Below, one piece after another: positions 45,474-53,365 of a DNA stretch of 64,000 nucleotides. The stretch is taken from positions 384,001 through 448,000 of the forward strand of contig OZ240211.1 in NCBI GenBank assembly GCA_965197525.1, in the 5' to 3' direction. This DNA is from Nitrosopumilus sp. GTDB lineage: Archaea > Thermoproteota > Nitrososphaeria > Nitrososphaerales > Nitrosopumilaceae. Below the pieces are notes generated by a model. That model did not search any database. It saw only the letters and a program-made list of their open reading frames with translations, and was not told where the DNA came from. A program made the position numbers and the translations under genes. Numbering within the stretch: position 1 is the first letter of the stretch; every line of letters starts with the position of its first letter.

Positions 45474-46316
45474 ATGGAAATAATTGACAACTCTATTGTG
45501 GAACCTATAGAGATCAGAATGATAAGACCATCAAAATTTCCAGTCAGATACAATAAATCGCCAACTTCGCCCGAACTTGCAAGCCTCAAAGCAAGCATAA
45601 AAGAACACGGATTGCTTCAGCCAATCATTATTAGACCATTAGAGCACGGATTTGAGCTAGTTGCAGGACATCGAAGATTTACAGCATGCAAATCGTTGCG
45701 TTGGAGATTCATTCCTAGCAAAATTAGAGACCTGTCAGACAAGCAAGCGTACGAGATTCAGCTCACAGAAAATATTCAAAGAAAATCCATGGACCCTATA
45801 GAAGAGGCAGAGGCATATCAAAAATATGTAAACGACTACGGCTGGGGCGGTGTGAGTGATCTAGGCAGAAAGATAGGAAAGAGTCAAGAATACGTATCTC
45901 ATAGAATGCAGTTACTGAGACTGACAGACAATGTAAAGGAGAAATTATTACACAGTAATTTGAGTGTAAGTCAGGCAATAGAACTTACCAATGTGGATGC
46001 AGCAATAAACGACGAACTTGTAAGTGAGATAGTAAATAACAAACTAACAGTAAAACAGATTCGAATCAGGAAAAAGGAAAAGATGTCCGATTTGGAGAAG
46101 CCGGTACCTGATAAAAAATCAAAGTCATTGAACTTGGTAAAAAAAAGTAATCTGACACTCAAAGTAACGTTATCAAGAATTGATGATATCATAGATGATG
46201 CACATAGTATCGACCCAAAGCACAGAGTGGAGATGATTAAATTTTTAATGAGTTTAAGACTAAATACTCATGCGATGATAGATGAGACAATAAAGTTTGG
46301 AAAGAGTATAAAATAA
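45474..46316 (+). CDS. ParB/Spo0J-family protein (orphan, no parA nearby)
   Basis: LKASIKEHGLLQPIIIR, ELVAGHRR, ENIQRKSMDPIEEA and an HTH; the ORF is open from 45420. Confidence 0.85.
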   Translation: MEIIDNSIVEPIEIRMIRPSKFPVRYNKSPTSPELASLKASIKEHGLLQPIIIRPLEHGFELVAGHRRFTACKSLRWRFIPSKIRDLSDKQAYEIQLTENIQRKSMDPIEEAEAYQKYVNDYGWGGVSDLGRKIGKSQEYVSHRMQLLRLTDNVKEKLLHSNLSVSQAIELTNVDAAINDELVSEIVNNKLTVKQIRIRKKEKMSDLEKPVPDKKSKSLNLVKKSNLTLKVTLSRIDDIIDDAHSIDPKHRVEMIKFLMSLRLNTHAMIDETIKFGKSIK

Positions 46317-46394
46317 TTAAAAAATATTATTTTATTTTTTTAAGAACCGATAAATGGAGGTGCCCATTCTCTAATGAATGCTTGGTATTCTTTC

Positions 46395-46892
46395 TCAGCT
46401 TGTATATGCAAGAGCAGAAAATGATGCATTTGTTTGTGGAACAAAATCATACACCTCGTAGATCTGAATAATATCTCCAAACAAATTGCGATAAATATCA
46501 CTCTCCTCATCTGCCATCGCATCAGATAAGAATGACTTTATTGTAATCCAATCATATCCGCCACGTGTCCTTCCCGAGAATAATACAAATGGTGCATCAT
46601 CAAGATATTTTTTTAATCCATCTAATCGCTTAGGTAATGCTTGAGAGGTTCTAAATCTAACTAGGTCAACACGAATAACACGTCGAGGCATCTTTTTAAT
46701 ATCAACAGTTATGGTGTATCCTTTGATCACCTGTTTTTCTTCTAGCTTTGATATTCTAGATTCAATCTCTTCTTCTGTGAGATTATAGTTAAATCCCTTT
46801 AGAAAATCCCAAATTTCAAAGACTTTTTGCCGAGAATTCTCAGATAGGGCTGAGAGTATCAACTCGTCAATCTTATCAATCATGATAGTCAT
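46395..46892 (-). CDS. Lrp/AsnC-family transcriptional regulator
   Basis: IDKIDELILSALSENSR...RISKLEEKQVIKGYTITVD. Confidence 0.8.
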   Translation of the reverse strand: MTIMIDKIDELILSALSENSRQKVFEIWDFLKGFNYNLTEEEIESRISKLEEKQVIKGYTITVDIKKMPRRVIRVDLVRFRTSQALPKRLDGLKKYLDDAPFVLFSGRTRGGYDWITIKSFLSDAMADEESDIYRNLFGDIIQIYEVYDFVPQTNASFSALAYTS

Positions 46893-47322
46893 ACCATAAT
46901 CAAGTATTTAACAATTAATTAATTGAATACAAATCTATGTGTAGTACGTTATAGACATAGATTGATACTAGAATAATATTTTATTTGAAAAGCCAATTAA
47001 TGCGACTGAAATGAATAATGCGTGTATTGAATCCGGTAGTTAGTCTCAAAGATATAAAAAATGAAATAGGTTAGCAGGTATGAAAAGTGATAATCTTGGA
47101 GTTTTAGTCCTTGCAAATACGGTGGGATAACCCAAACGTGCAGGATGCCAAATATCATTACAATACACTAGTTCACGTTATAGTACAGATGCAAGAATTC
47201 AGAACCAGCACAAGCATTAAAGAGAATAATCTGTTACAAAGTTATTGGGCACGACTAGCGGCAAGAATAGACAAATTTGTGCAAAAAAATGATTCATGTT
47301 AACTGCAAAAAACAATATAAAT

Positions 47323-47910
47323 CTAGGAGATAATCTTCAGCGGATCAGCGTTGGCGATCTCATTAATTGTCACACACATATGAAATTCATTACCTTGAAT
47401 TTTGACTGAGACGTTATCAATTGCAGAATAATATTTTTTGTTGTGCTCTGAATCCTCCAACTCGCATGTTACAAGCAGTCCGTGTGAGATCAAATACGAG
47501 ACATTCTCAGATATGATGCCAGGTTCTATGTTACTGATTCGTGATGCTATCTCCCAAATTGTAATGGGATAGTCAAATGCAATATCCAAGATTTGTTTTT
47601 TGACGTGATCTTCAAAGGATATTAGAATAGCATCCTTTAAGGATTCGTCTTTTATCTCTACAATATGATCAGATTTTGATTCCAATGAACAAAGCATCCC
47701 AAGGGTTTTTTTGATTAATGGCGTTCCACTAGAACCGAGAACTTGTTCGGTAATCAGTTCGAATTTTTTAAAATCTTTGATAGAAGAGAGCAGAGTCATA
47801 TTATACTTTTCAAAAACAGAACTCTTGATTTTGGTGATTTCATCATACCCAACAAAATCAGAGAATGTTTTCTCAAAAGGAGTGGCAAGCAAAGTCTCCA
47901 TGGCAGTCAT
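47323..47910 (-). CDS. Thaumarchaeal winged-helix transcriptional regulator
   Basis: C-terminal KKQILD...ITIWEIA...VSYLISHGLL wHTH pattern. Confidence 0.6.
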   Translation of the reverse strand: MTAMETLLATPFEKTFSDFVGYDEITKIKSSVFEKYNMTLLSSIKDFKKFELITEQVLGSSGTPLIKKTLGMLCSLESKSDHIVEIKDESLKDAILISFEDHVKKQILDIAFDYPITIWEIASRISNIEPGIISENVSYLISHGLLVTCELEDSEHNKKYYSAIDNVSVKIQGNEFHMCVTINEIANADPLKIIS

Positions 47911-47941
47911 TTACAAGCATCCACTCCTTTTTTCACCACAA

Positions 47942-48460
47942 TCATCGAAAAGCACTCTCACCTATTGGAAGTTTTGGTAAACGGAACAAGTTTACCTGCA
48001 ATCTGATTTGACATATCTTCGTTGATACACTAAACTCCGCCTTGGAGATGACCTTGTCATATAGACGCACACGTTTTTCAGATTTAGTATAGCCCACAGG
48101 CAGGATAAAACTATCTTGTAACAGTTCGTTGAACTTGCGATATACTGAGGATTGAGATGCCTTACACAAACTCAGCAATACATCTTTTGAGACAGGCTTG
48201 TCTATCAGCAAAAGAATACGGCGTTTTATTGAATCAGAGTATATGTCAATTATCTTTTCGGCAAGATTGTGCTCGTAGAGTTCAATCCACAATGCATCGT
48301 CATGGTCTTTTAGAATTGCCAATGCGGCTTTTACAGAAGATTCTCGAATCTTGTTCTCGCAGGCAAGCATGGTTCTTTGGCCCGGTTCAAGATGATTATT
48401 GGCATCTCGCAGGGTCTCCAAACATAACAACTGAGAAAGACGATTTGGCATCATATCCAA
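47942..48460 (-). CDS. Winged-helix (ArsR-like) transcriptional regulator
   Basis: IKRRILLLIDKPVSK..SQSSVYRKFNELLQDSFI. Confidence 0.6.
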   Translation of the reverse strand: MDMMPNRLSQLLCLETLRDANNHLEPGQRTMLACENKIRESSVKAALAILKDHDDALWIELYEHNLAEKIIDIYSDSIKRRILLLIDKPVSKDVLLSLCKASQSSVYRKFNELLQDSFILPVGYTKSEKRVRLYDKVISKAEFSVSTKICQIRLQVNLFRLPKLPIGESAFR

Positions 48461-48604
48461 TACGTCAAAATATTACTTAAAATGCACTATTTTTTCTTGG
48501 TTGTGAGAAAAAATATTTCATTTAAATACAAGTAAGAAACAGTTTAAATTAAAAAAATGTGACTATTTAAAAAAAATAGATGCGTGGTTATGCTCGTGTA
48601 CGAG

Positions 48605-48913
48605 TTAACCGCGCCCCATTGCGGCATATCGTCCTTTCTTTCCTCGAACAAACAGCATGGTAGCTACGCCTCCGAATATACCGCCTGCAAGTAGAGAAGC
48701 ACCAATAACTCCATCTGCTGCAAAGTAGGGAGTGCCAGAACCGAATGCGTCGGGGGCTGTTGCAAGAATCTGTTTGTTGGCAGGATCTTCTAACAGGTCA
48801 TACAATGTCCCCTTGTCAAGAATGTCGTATTGTGCTGCTGATGCAGGCTGTGTAAAACTTACCAGCATTGCAACTAGAAAGATTCCAGAAAAAAGGAAAT
48901 ATCTTTTCTGCAT
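48605..48913 (-). CDS. Small secreted or membrane-anchored thaumarchaeal protein
   Basis: Signal peptide ending ASAA and C-terminal TM VIGASLLAGGIFGGVATMLFV followed by a basic tail. Confidence 0.7.
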   Translation of the reverse strand: MQKRYFLFSGIFLVAMLVSFTQPASAAQYDILDKGTLYDLLEDPANKQILATAPDAFGSGTPYFAADGVIGASLLAGGIFGGVATMLFVRGKKGRYAAMGRG

Positions 48914-49090
48914 GTATAGAGATGGTCAACATGGTATAAAAGAACAGAAATGTTTTCTCACAAAAAAAAATAAATAAACTTTGGGCAGATTTGTTGTTCT
49001 TTATTGTCTGGGCTATACATACATCAGCTGACAATATCATAGCATTTAGAAAATATATGGTTTTGAGGTGTGAATCTATTCTCCAGTCTT

Positions 49091-49620
49091 TTAATGCATA
49101 TAGCTGCTGTTTATATCTTGAGAAAATGACACGCTTTTAATCCTGATTGCATTTTGTAAGAGAATTACATGTACTAGGTTTTTAAATCGAGCTTTTTTAC
49201 GTACGTGTTTGACACGGTGTCCCACAAGCTGTCGTTCTCCTGTGATTTCAGCATTGGGTACGTAGCATATAGTTATGTATCCTCCACGTAGCATATAGTT
49301 ATGTATCCTCCACGTAGCATATAGTTATGTATCCTCCACGTAGCATATAGTTATGTATCCTCCACGTAGCATATAGTTATGTATCCTCCACGTAACATAT
49401 ATGCAAATATTTTTGCATCTGCCTTGTCGGTCTTCTTTTTTGACTCTGCAATTAGTCGTGTCTGGTATGGGTTTGAGAGAACCACATCCAGGTTTAGGGA
49501 ATCTATCAGAAATCTGTATACTCCATACCGGACTGAAGATGGTAGGACTGCAAATGAACGCCAAGCCATAAAGTAAGATTCTTTGAGAAAGAAATTTGCA
49601 GCATCACACCGTTTTTGTTA
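49091..49620 (-). pseudogene. IS110-family transposase N-terminal fragment disrupted by a tandem repeat
   Basis: LDVVLSNPYQTRLIAESKKKTDKADAKIFAYMLRGGYITICYVP...RQLVGHRV..KNLVHVILL matches the DEDD IS110 N-terminal pattern (NP..TR.IA..K.KTDK.DA). Confidence 0.75.
49261..49394. repeat. Five perfect tandem copies of a 26-bp unit (VNTR)
   Basis: CGTAGCATATAGTTATGTATCCTCCA starting at 49261, 49287, 49313, 49339 and 49365, with no spacers. Confidence 0.95.
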
Positions 49621-49684
49621 CTTTTGAAAGTACTGTAAACAGATTATTTTTTGAGATTTTGGTTTCATAATTTTCGTAAAGCAT
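49604..49684 (-). pseudogene. Putative 5' stub of the AbiEii-like nucleotidyltransferase toxin partner
   Basis: An ATG overlapping the antitoxin 3' end gives MLYENYETKISKNNLFTVLSKVTKTV*, which runs into the IS110 relic. Confidence 0.35.
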
Positions 49685-50270
49685 TTTTCTCCATCTTTTC
49701 TAGTAACATATCTCCTGCTTCAATGCATACGCCACCCTCACTGTACAAATCCAATATTATTTGAGGTATGGATACCAATGTTAAATCATCTACTGTAAAT
49801 GATTTGTAAAATATATGGTCATCACCAATTAAAATTCTTACATTTCCTTTACCGACCAACCCGTTTTGTACTAACAACTCATGCCAACGTAGCTTGTCTG
49901 ATGGATGTATATAGATATCAGTTCGTGATGGAAATAGATAATTCTGTACTTTGTTATCTGCCTGATATGTTGTCAAGGCATATTCTAGATTGCTTTCTTT
50001 CAATAGTTCCAACGGTCTTTGTATCATGTATTCTCTATACTTTGGAACTATCTGCCATCGCTTCCACCACATCATCAACAATTTGAAATTCTTTACTCTG
50101 GTTTTTTGGACTATTCCTTGTTCTTCTAGTTTTTTTAATAAATTATGAATCCATGGATAGCCACTGTCTGCCAGCTTTGCTATTCGATATTTTGTCAATG
50201 TACCGCCAGGTTCGTTAAATAGTACTCTGGCCACTCTTCCTTTGATATTAGTTCGGATCTCCTTTTTCAT
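49665..50270 (-). CDS. Type IV TA AbiEi-family antitoxin-like protein (wHTH plus C-terminal domain)
   Basis: N-terminal HTH (LTKYRIAKLADSGYPWIHNLLKKL) and C-terminal DIYI...VSIPQIILDLYSEGG..EAGDML. Confidence 0.65.
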   Translation of the reverse strand: MKKEIRTNIKGRVARVLFNEPGGTLTKYRIAKLADSGYPWIHNLLKKLEEQGIVQKTRVKNFKLLMMWWKRWQIVPKYREYMIQRPLELLKESNLEYALTTYQADNKVQNYLFPSRTDIYIHPSDKLRWHELLVQNGLVGKGNVRILIGDDHIFYKSFTVDDLTLVSIPQIILDLYSEGGVCIEAGDMLLEKMEKNALRKL

Positions 50271-50298
50271 TCTATTGCTTTATTTTGATTAGCAGTTT

Positions 50299-50383
50299 TA
50301 ATAAATATATATCGTTTTATTTTAAATAGTAGTTCTAATAGATATATATCGTTTTATTTTAAATGTGCATCATAAAAACGATA
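50299..50383. promoter_or_regulatory. Repeated operator-like sites upstream of the AbiEi-like gene
   Basis: ATATATATCGTTTTATTTTAAAT at 50305-50327 and 50342-50364, plus the inverted half-site AAAACGATA at 50375-50383. Confidence 0.55.
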
Positions 50384-50652
50384 ATACGTGCCTAAATTAA
50401 ATTGATTAAATCAAAAAATACACGATTTTTTCTTTAAATATAGTACTAGTCGACCAGCAGATGGAATTGTACTTTTTCTAAACCCTCACAGTAAAAACAG
50501 ATCAAAAAAGTATTTTGTTATTGTAAATCTAGATAAAATTTTACCTCCTCTAAATAGACATAAAAAATTCTTCTAAAAATGATAGAAAAAGTGTCGAATG
50601 TCGCTACGTGTAGGCTTTAAATACAAATTTTGTAACATAGTATAGAAGAAAA

Positions 50653-50739
50653 ATGCCATATGAAGAAGTGTACTTTCAGCGACTAGAAGAAGAGAATCCT
50701 GAGGATTACAAAAAAATAACAAAACAAAAGGCTGACTAG
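50653..50739 (+). CDS. Small 28-aa ORF (not in the ORF track)
   Basis: MPYEEVYFQRLEEENPEDYKKITKQKAD*, with a TTTAAATA box about 35 bp upstream. Confidence 0.4.
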   Translation: MPYEEVYFQRLEEENPEDYKKITKQKAD

Positions 50740-50831
50740 TTTAAGACACTAAAGAACAGTCTAAAAAACAGATGATTGTCAGAGATACAAAAAGAGAGAG
50801 ATAAAACTCAAATTGTTATCAAATACAAGAG

Positions 50832-51206
50832 TTAGGCTTTGTTTGAACCATCGTTGTCATCGTCGGTATTGTTGCTGTTATTATTAGAATTGTTATTACT
50901 ACTACTAGGACCCACCATATCTTCAGGTCTTACCTTGCTATCCCAATTACCTCGTACACCTTGAATCAAAGCAATAACGCCTGCTCCAATAAACCCTATA
51001 ACTGCTCCAAAGAACAACGTTTGATTAAATGTTTTAGAATCACAACCAATCTCTACTGGCGGCATATCATCAAAATACTCGTAACATACCCCAAATTCAT
51101 CAGATTCGATTGATGCTGCCTGATAATCATGGCCAAAGCTACTCATAACAATAACCCCAACAAAGATCAGTACAATTCCAATAATGATAAATCGGGTATC
51201 ACTCAT
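50832..51206 (-). CDS. Two-TM thaumarchaeal membrane protein with Asn-rich tail
   Basis: Two hydrophobic helices, a C-x14-C loop and an SSR-derived NNNSNNN tail. Confidence 0.7.
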   Translation of the reverse strand: MSDTRFIIIGIVLIFVGVIVMSSFGHDYQAASIESDEFGVCYEYFDDMPPVEIGCDSKTFNQTLFFGAVIGFIGAGVIALIQGVRGNWDSKVRPEDMVGPSSSNNNSNNNSNNTDDDNDGSNKA

Positions 51207-51254
51207 CTATATCATATTTACAAGTTTGTTGTATTTACACTTTGACTTTTCATC

Positions 51255-51719
51255 TCACGTATCCTCAATCAGCACCTTGAGATTCTCAAGTGAGTGTTTG
51301 TAAAAGGATTTCAAAGACGCGTAAAAATCACAGAATTCAACGGAAGTCATGGAGTGGCTATTAAAATAGGACTGCCATTGTAGTCTCACCGTATTACCAG
51401 ACAAGGGTCTAATGGATAATGTTGCAACATATGCTCGTAATGGCAGTCCATGCGTTGCAACATATGTAAAAGATTCATCGCTATTCCATGCAACAACATG
51501 CTCTTCAACAATATTACCATCTGCAAATGATATCAGCCGTACTGCCCCAATACCGCGTGTCTTCTTTGAGATACATGTAACCTTAGTTACACCATCTGCC
51601 CAAGCTGCCAATCCCATAACATTGCTAATATGTTGCCAAACCTGCTCTTGTGATGCATTGATTTTGATAGTTTGTTTAAGCATGTCGGTATGAAATGATT
51701 TTTTTGGTTTACGAGTCAC
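51255..51719 (-). CDS. SRPBCC/polyketide cyclase (MxaD-like) family protein
   Basis: TIKINASQEQVWQHISN..W...GIGAVRLISF..G..VEEHVVAW pattern. Confidence 0.75.
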   Translation of the reverse strand: MTRKPKKSFHTDMLKQTIKINASQEQVWQHISNVMGLAAWADGVTKVTCISKKTRGIGAVRLISFADGNIVEEHVVAWNSDESFTYVATHGLPLRAYVATLSIRPLSGNTVRLQWQSYFNSHSMTSVEFCDFYASLKSFYKHSLENLKVLIEDT

Positions 51720-51726
51720 AATATTA

Positions 51727-53014
51727 GGTTCTGTGAAGTTATCGGGAGTTAACCCCTATAACTCGACTTTGACATATCGACTATTCGGATTACCAATGGT
51801 GTGCTGGGTTCCGTCATCGCCTGCTCAAAAGTGCCGGACTGTGCTTCACATATGTCATCTCTACTGCCCCTAAACCTAGGGGGCAGTTTGCGTGATATGT
51901 TCATGGCAGCGATGATGTCCCTGTCCATAAACAAACCGCAATTATTACACGACAATTTACGATGTTGTTGCATGTCCTCTTGGAGTCTCTTTCCGCATTG
52001 CGGACACTGCGTGCTCGTGTTTCTTGGGTCTACTGTCTCGACTGGAGGTAGTCCGACCCATTGGGCTTTGTATTCTACTTGGCGTTGTAACTCGTAGAAT
52101 TGCCACCCGTTCAATCTACGTCTGTACTTGTTACCTTGAGTGTTTCCTTTTCGGTACAATTTTCTTATTCCTTTCAGGTTTTCCATGACGATTGCAGTCT
52201 TGTTTTTGACTGCGTTGTCTACTATATCCTTTGAGATTCTGTGGATGTACTGCTTTGCTCTGTTAGTCAGTCTTCTCTGTTTTTCCTTGTAGAACTGATT
52301 TTTCTTCCTGCGGTCATTTCTGTGGAAGCCTGCCCTGGCGTGTATTGTGTTCTCCTTTATGGATAACAGTTTGTTTGTCTTGTAGACTGTCACCTCTTCC
52401 TCGTTCCCGCACGTCACATTTCTTAGGTTTCTGTCTATTCCCACTTGATTGGTGCACTCTATCTCTTGTACTTTTTTTGAAACACAAAGACTGATGTTGA
52501 GAGCAGTCAATGAAAACGAGTGCACCGTCAAGGCGGGATCAGATAGGATTTTTTGGGTGTGATCGTTGAGCAAAATGCTGATTGGGTTATGTTTCTTGTA
52601 TGGGATTGTTAGTAGTGCACCGTTGTGTTTTATGCCGTAACAGTTTGTCATAAAGGGATTTTTGAGTATTGGGTCTCTTATTCTGACACCTCGTTTGATT
52701 GATTGTTTTCTGTTTGATAATATGCCTGCAGCTCTTGATATTGCACATATCTTGTATGTTGATAAAATGCCATAGTTACGTAATTCATGATAACATAACA
52801 TGGACAACCTCTTCATATTGTGAGTGTCTTCTTTCAACCCTATCTTGATGCAATGATTGACCATCTTTGTGAATATAGCCATCATATCCATTAGATCAGA
52901 GTTTTGCGCATATTTCTGTGATATTGACTTTATCGCTTTCAACGAATATCTTACGGTTTAGAGGTTTATACATTTTAGGAATTGACATATAACTCCCGAT
53001 AACTTCACAGAACC
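51727..53014 (-). mobile_element. 1288-bp TnpB-only element with perfect 25-bp IS6-like TIRs and 8-bp TSD (copy 2)
   Basis: TIR GGTTCTGTGAAGTTATCGGGAGTTA at 51727-51751 with its exact reverse complement at 52990-53014. Direct repeat CAATATTA at 51719-51726 and 53015-53022. Confidence 0.93.
51749..52942 (-). CDS. tnpB: TnpB RNA-guided endonuclease, copy 2
   Basis: GIDRN, VMENL, CPQC/CNNC and DRDIIAAMNI are all intact. Roughly 80% identical by eye to copy 1. The stop codon lies within the TIR. Confidence 0.93.
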   Translation of the reverse strand: MKAIKSISQKYAQNSDLMDMMAIFTKMVNHCIKIGLKEDTHNMKRLSMLCYHELRNYGILSTYKICAISRAAGILSNRKQSIKRGVRIRDPILKNPFMTNCYGIKHNGALLTIPYKKHNPISILLNDHTQKILSDPALTVHSFSLTALNISLCVSKKVQEIECTNQVGIDRNLRNVTCGNEEEVTVYKTNKLLSIKENTIHARAGFHRNDRRKKNQFYKEKQRRLTNRAKQYIHRISKDIVDNAVKNKTAIVMENLKGIRKLYRKGNTQGNKYRRRLNGWQFYELQRQVEYKAQWVGLPPVETVDPRNTSTQCPQCGKRLQEDMQQHRKLSCNNCGLFMDRDIIAAMNISRKLPPRFRGSRDDICEAQSGTFEQAMTEPSTPLVIRIVDMSKSSYRG

Positions 53015-53038
53015 CAATATTACAAAAAATGAGAGGAA

Positions 53039-53045
53039 TTTTAAA
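53039..53045 (-). promoter_or_regulatory. Putative TATA box of the SRPBCC gene, displaced by the TnpB element
   Basis: TTTAAAA on the minus strand lies 30 nt upstream of the SRPBCC GTG in the reconstructed empty site. Confidence 0.45.
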
Positions 53046-53365
53046 TTTTATTCTAGTAAAAACAAGGATATTTTACGTTTATTCGTTTACCGTTGTGCTT
53101 GGTTCTTGAATCACAATACATCAAAAACAGAATCACAGTTTAACATAAAAAAAAGTGCCATAGCAGTCAGAATTCATACATGTGCTACTTGTCTTCCATC
53201 GTGCGTTGCCTGAGAGCGAAGATCAACAAAAGAGACAAAACTGAAATTTGTAATTTATGATTTATCAAACTGCTGTACCTAGTATCAACCTGTGTTCTCA
53301 GAGTCAGGCATAACATCGCACTAGACAAAAACAACTATTTTTAATCCCTAATAACAAATAGCAGT

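Noticed and set aside
49261-49394. Possible CRISPR array
   Set aside because: The units are head-to-tail with no spacers, the sequence is transposase coding DNA, and no cas genes are nearby.
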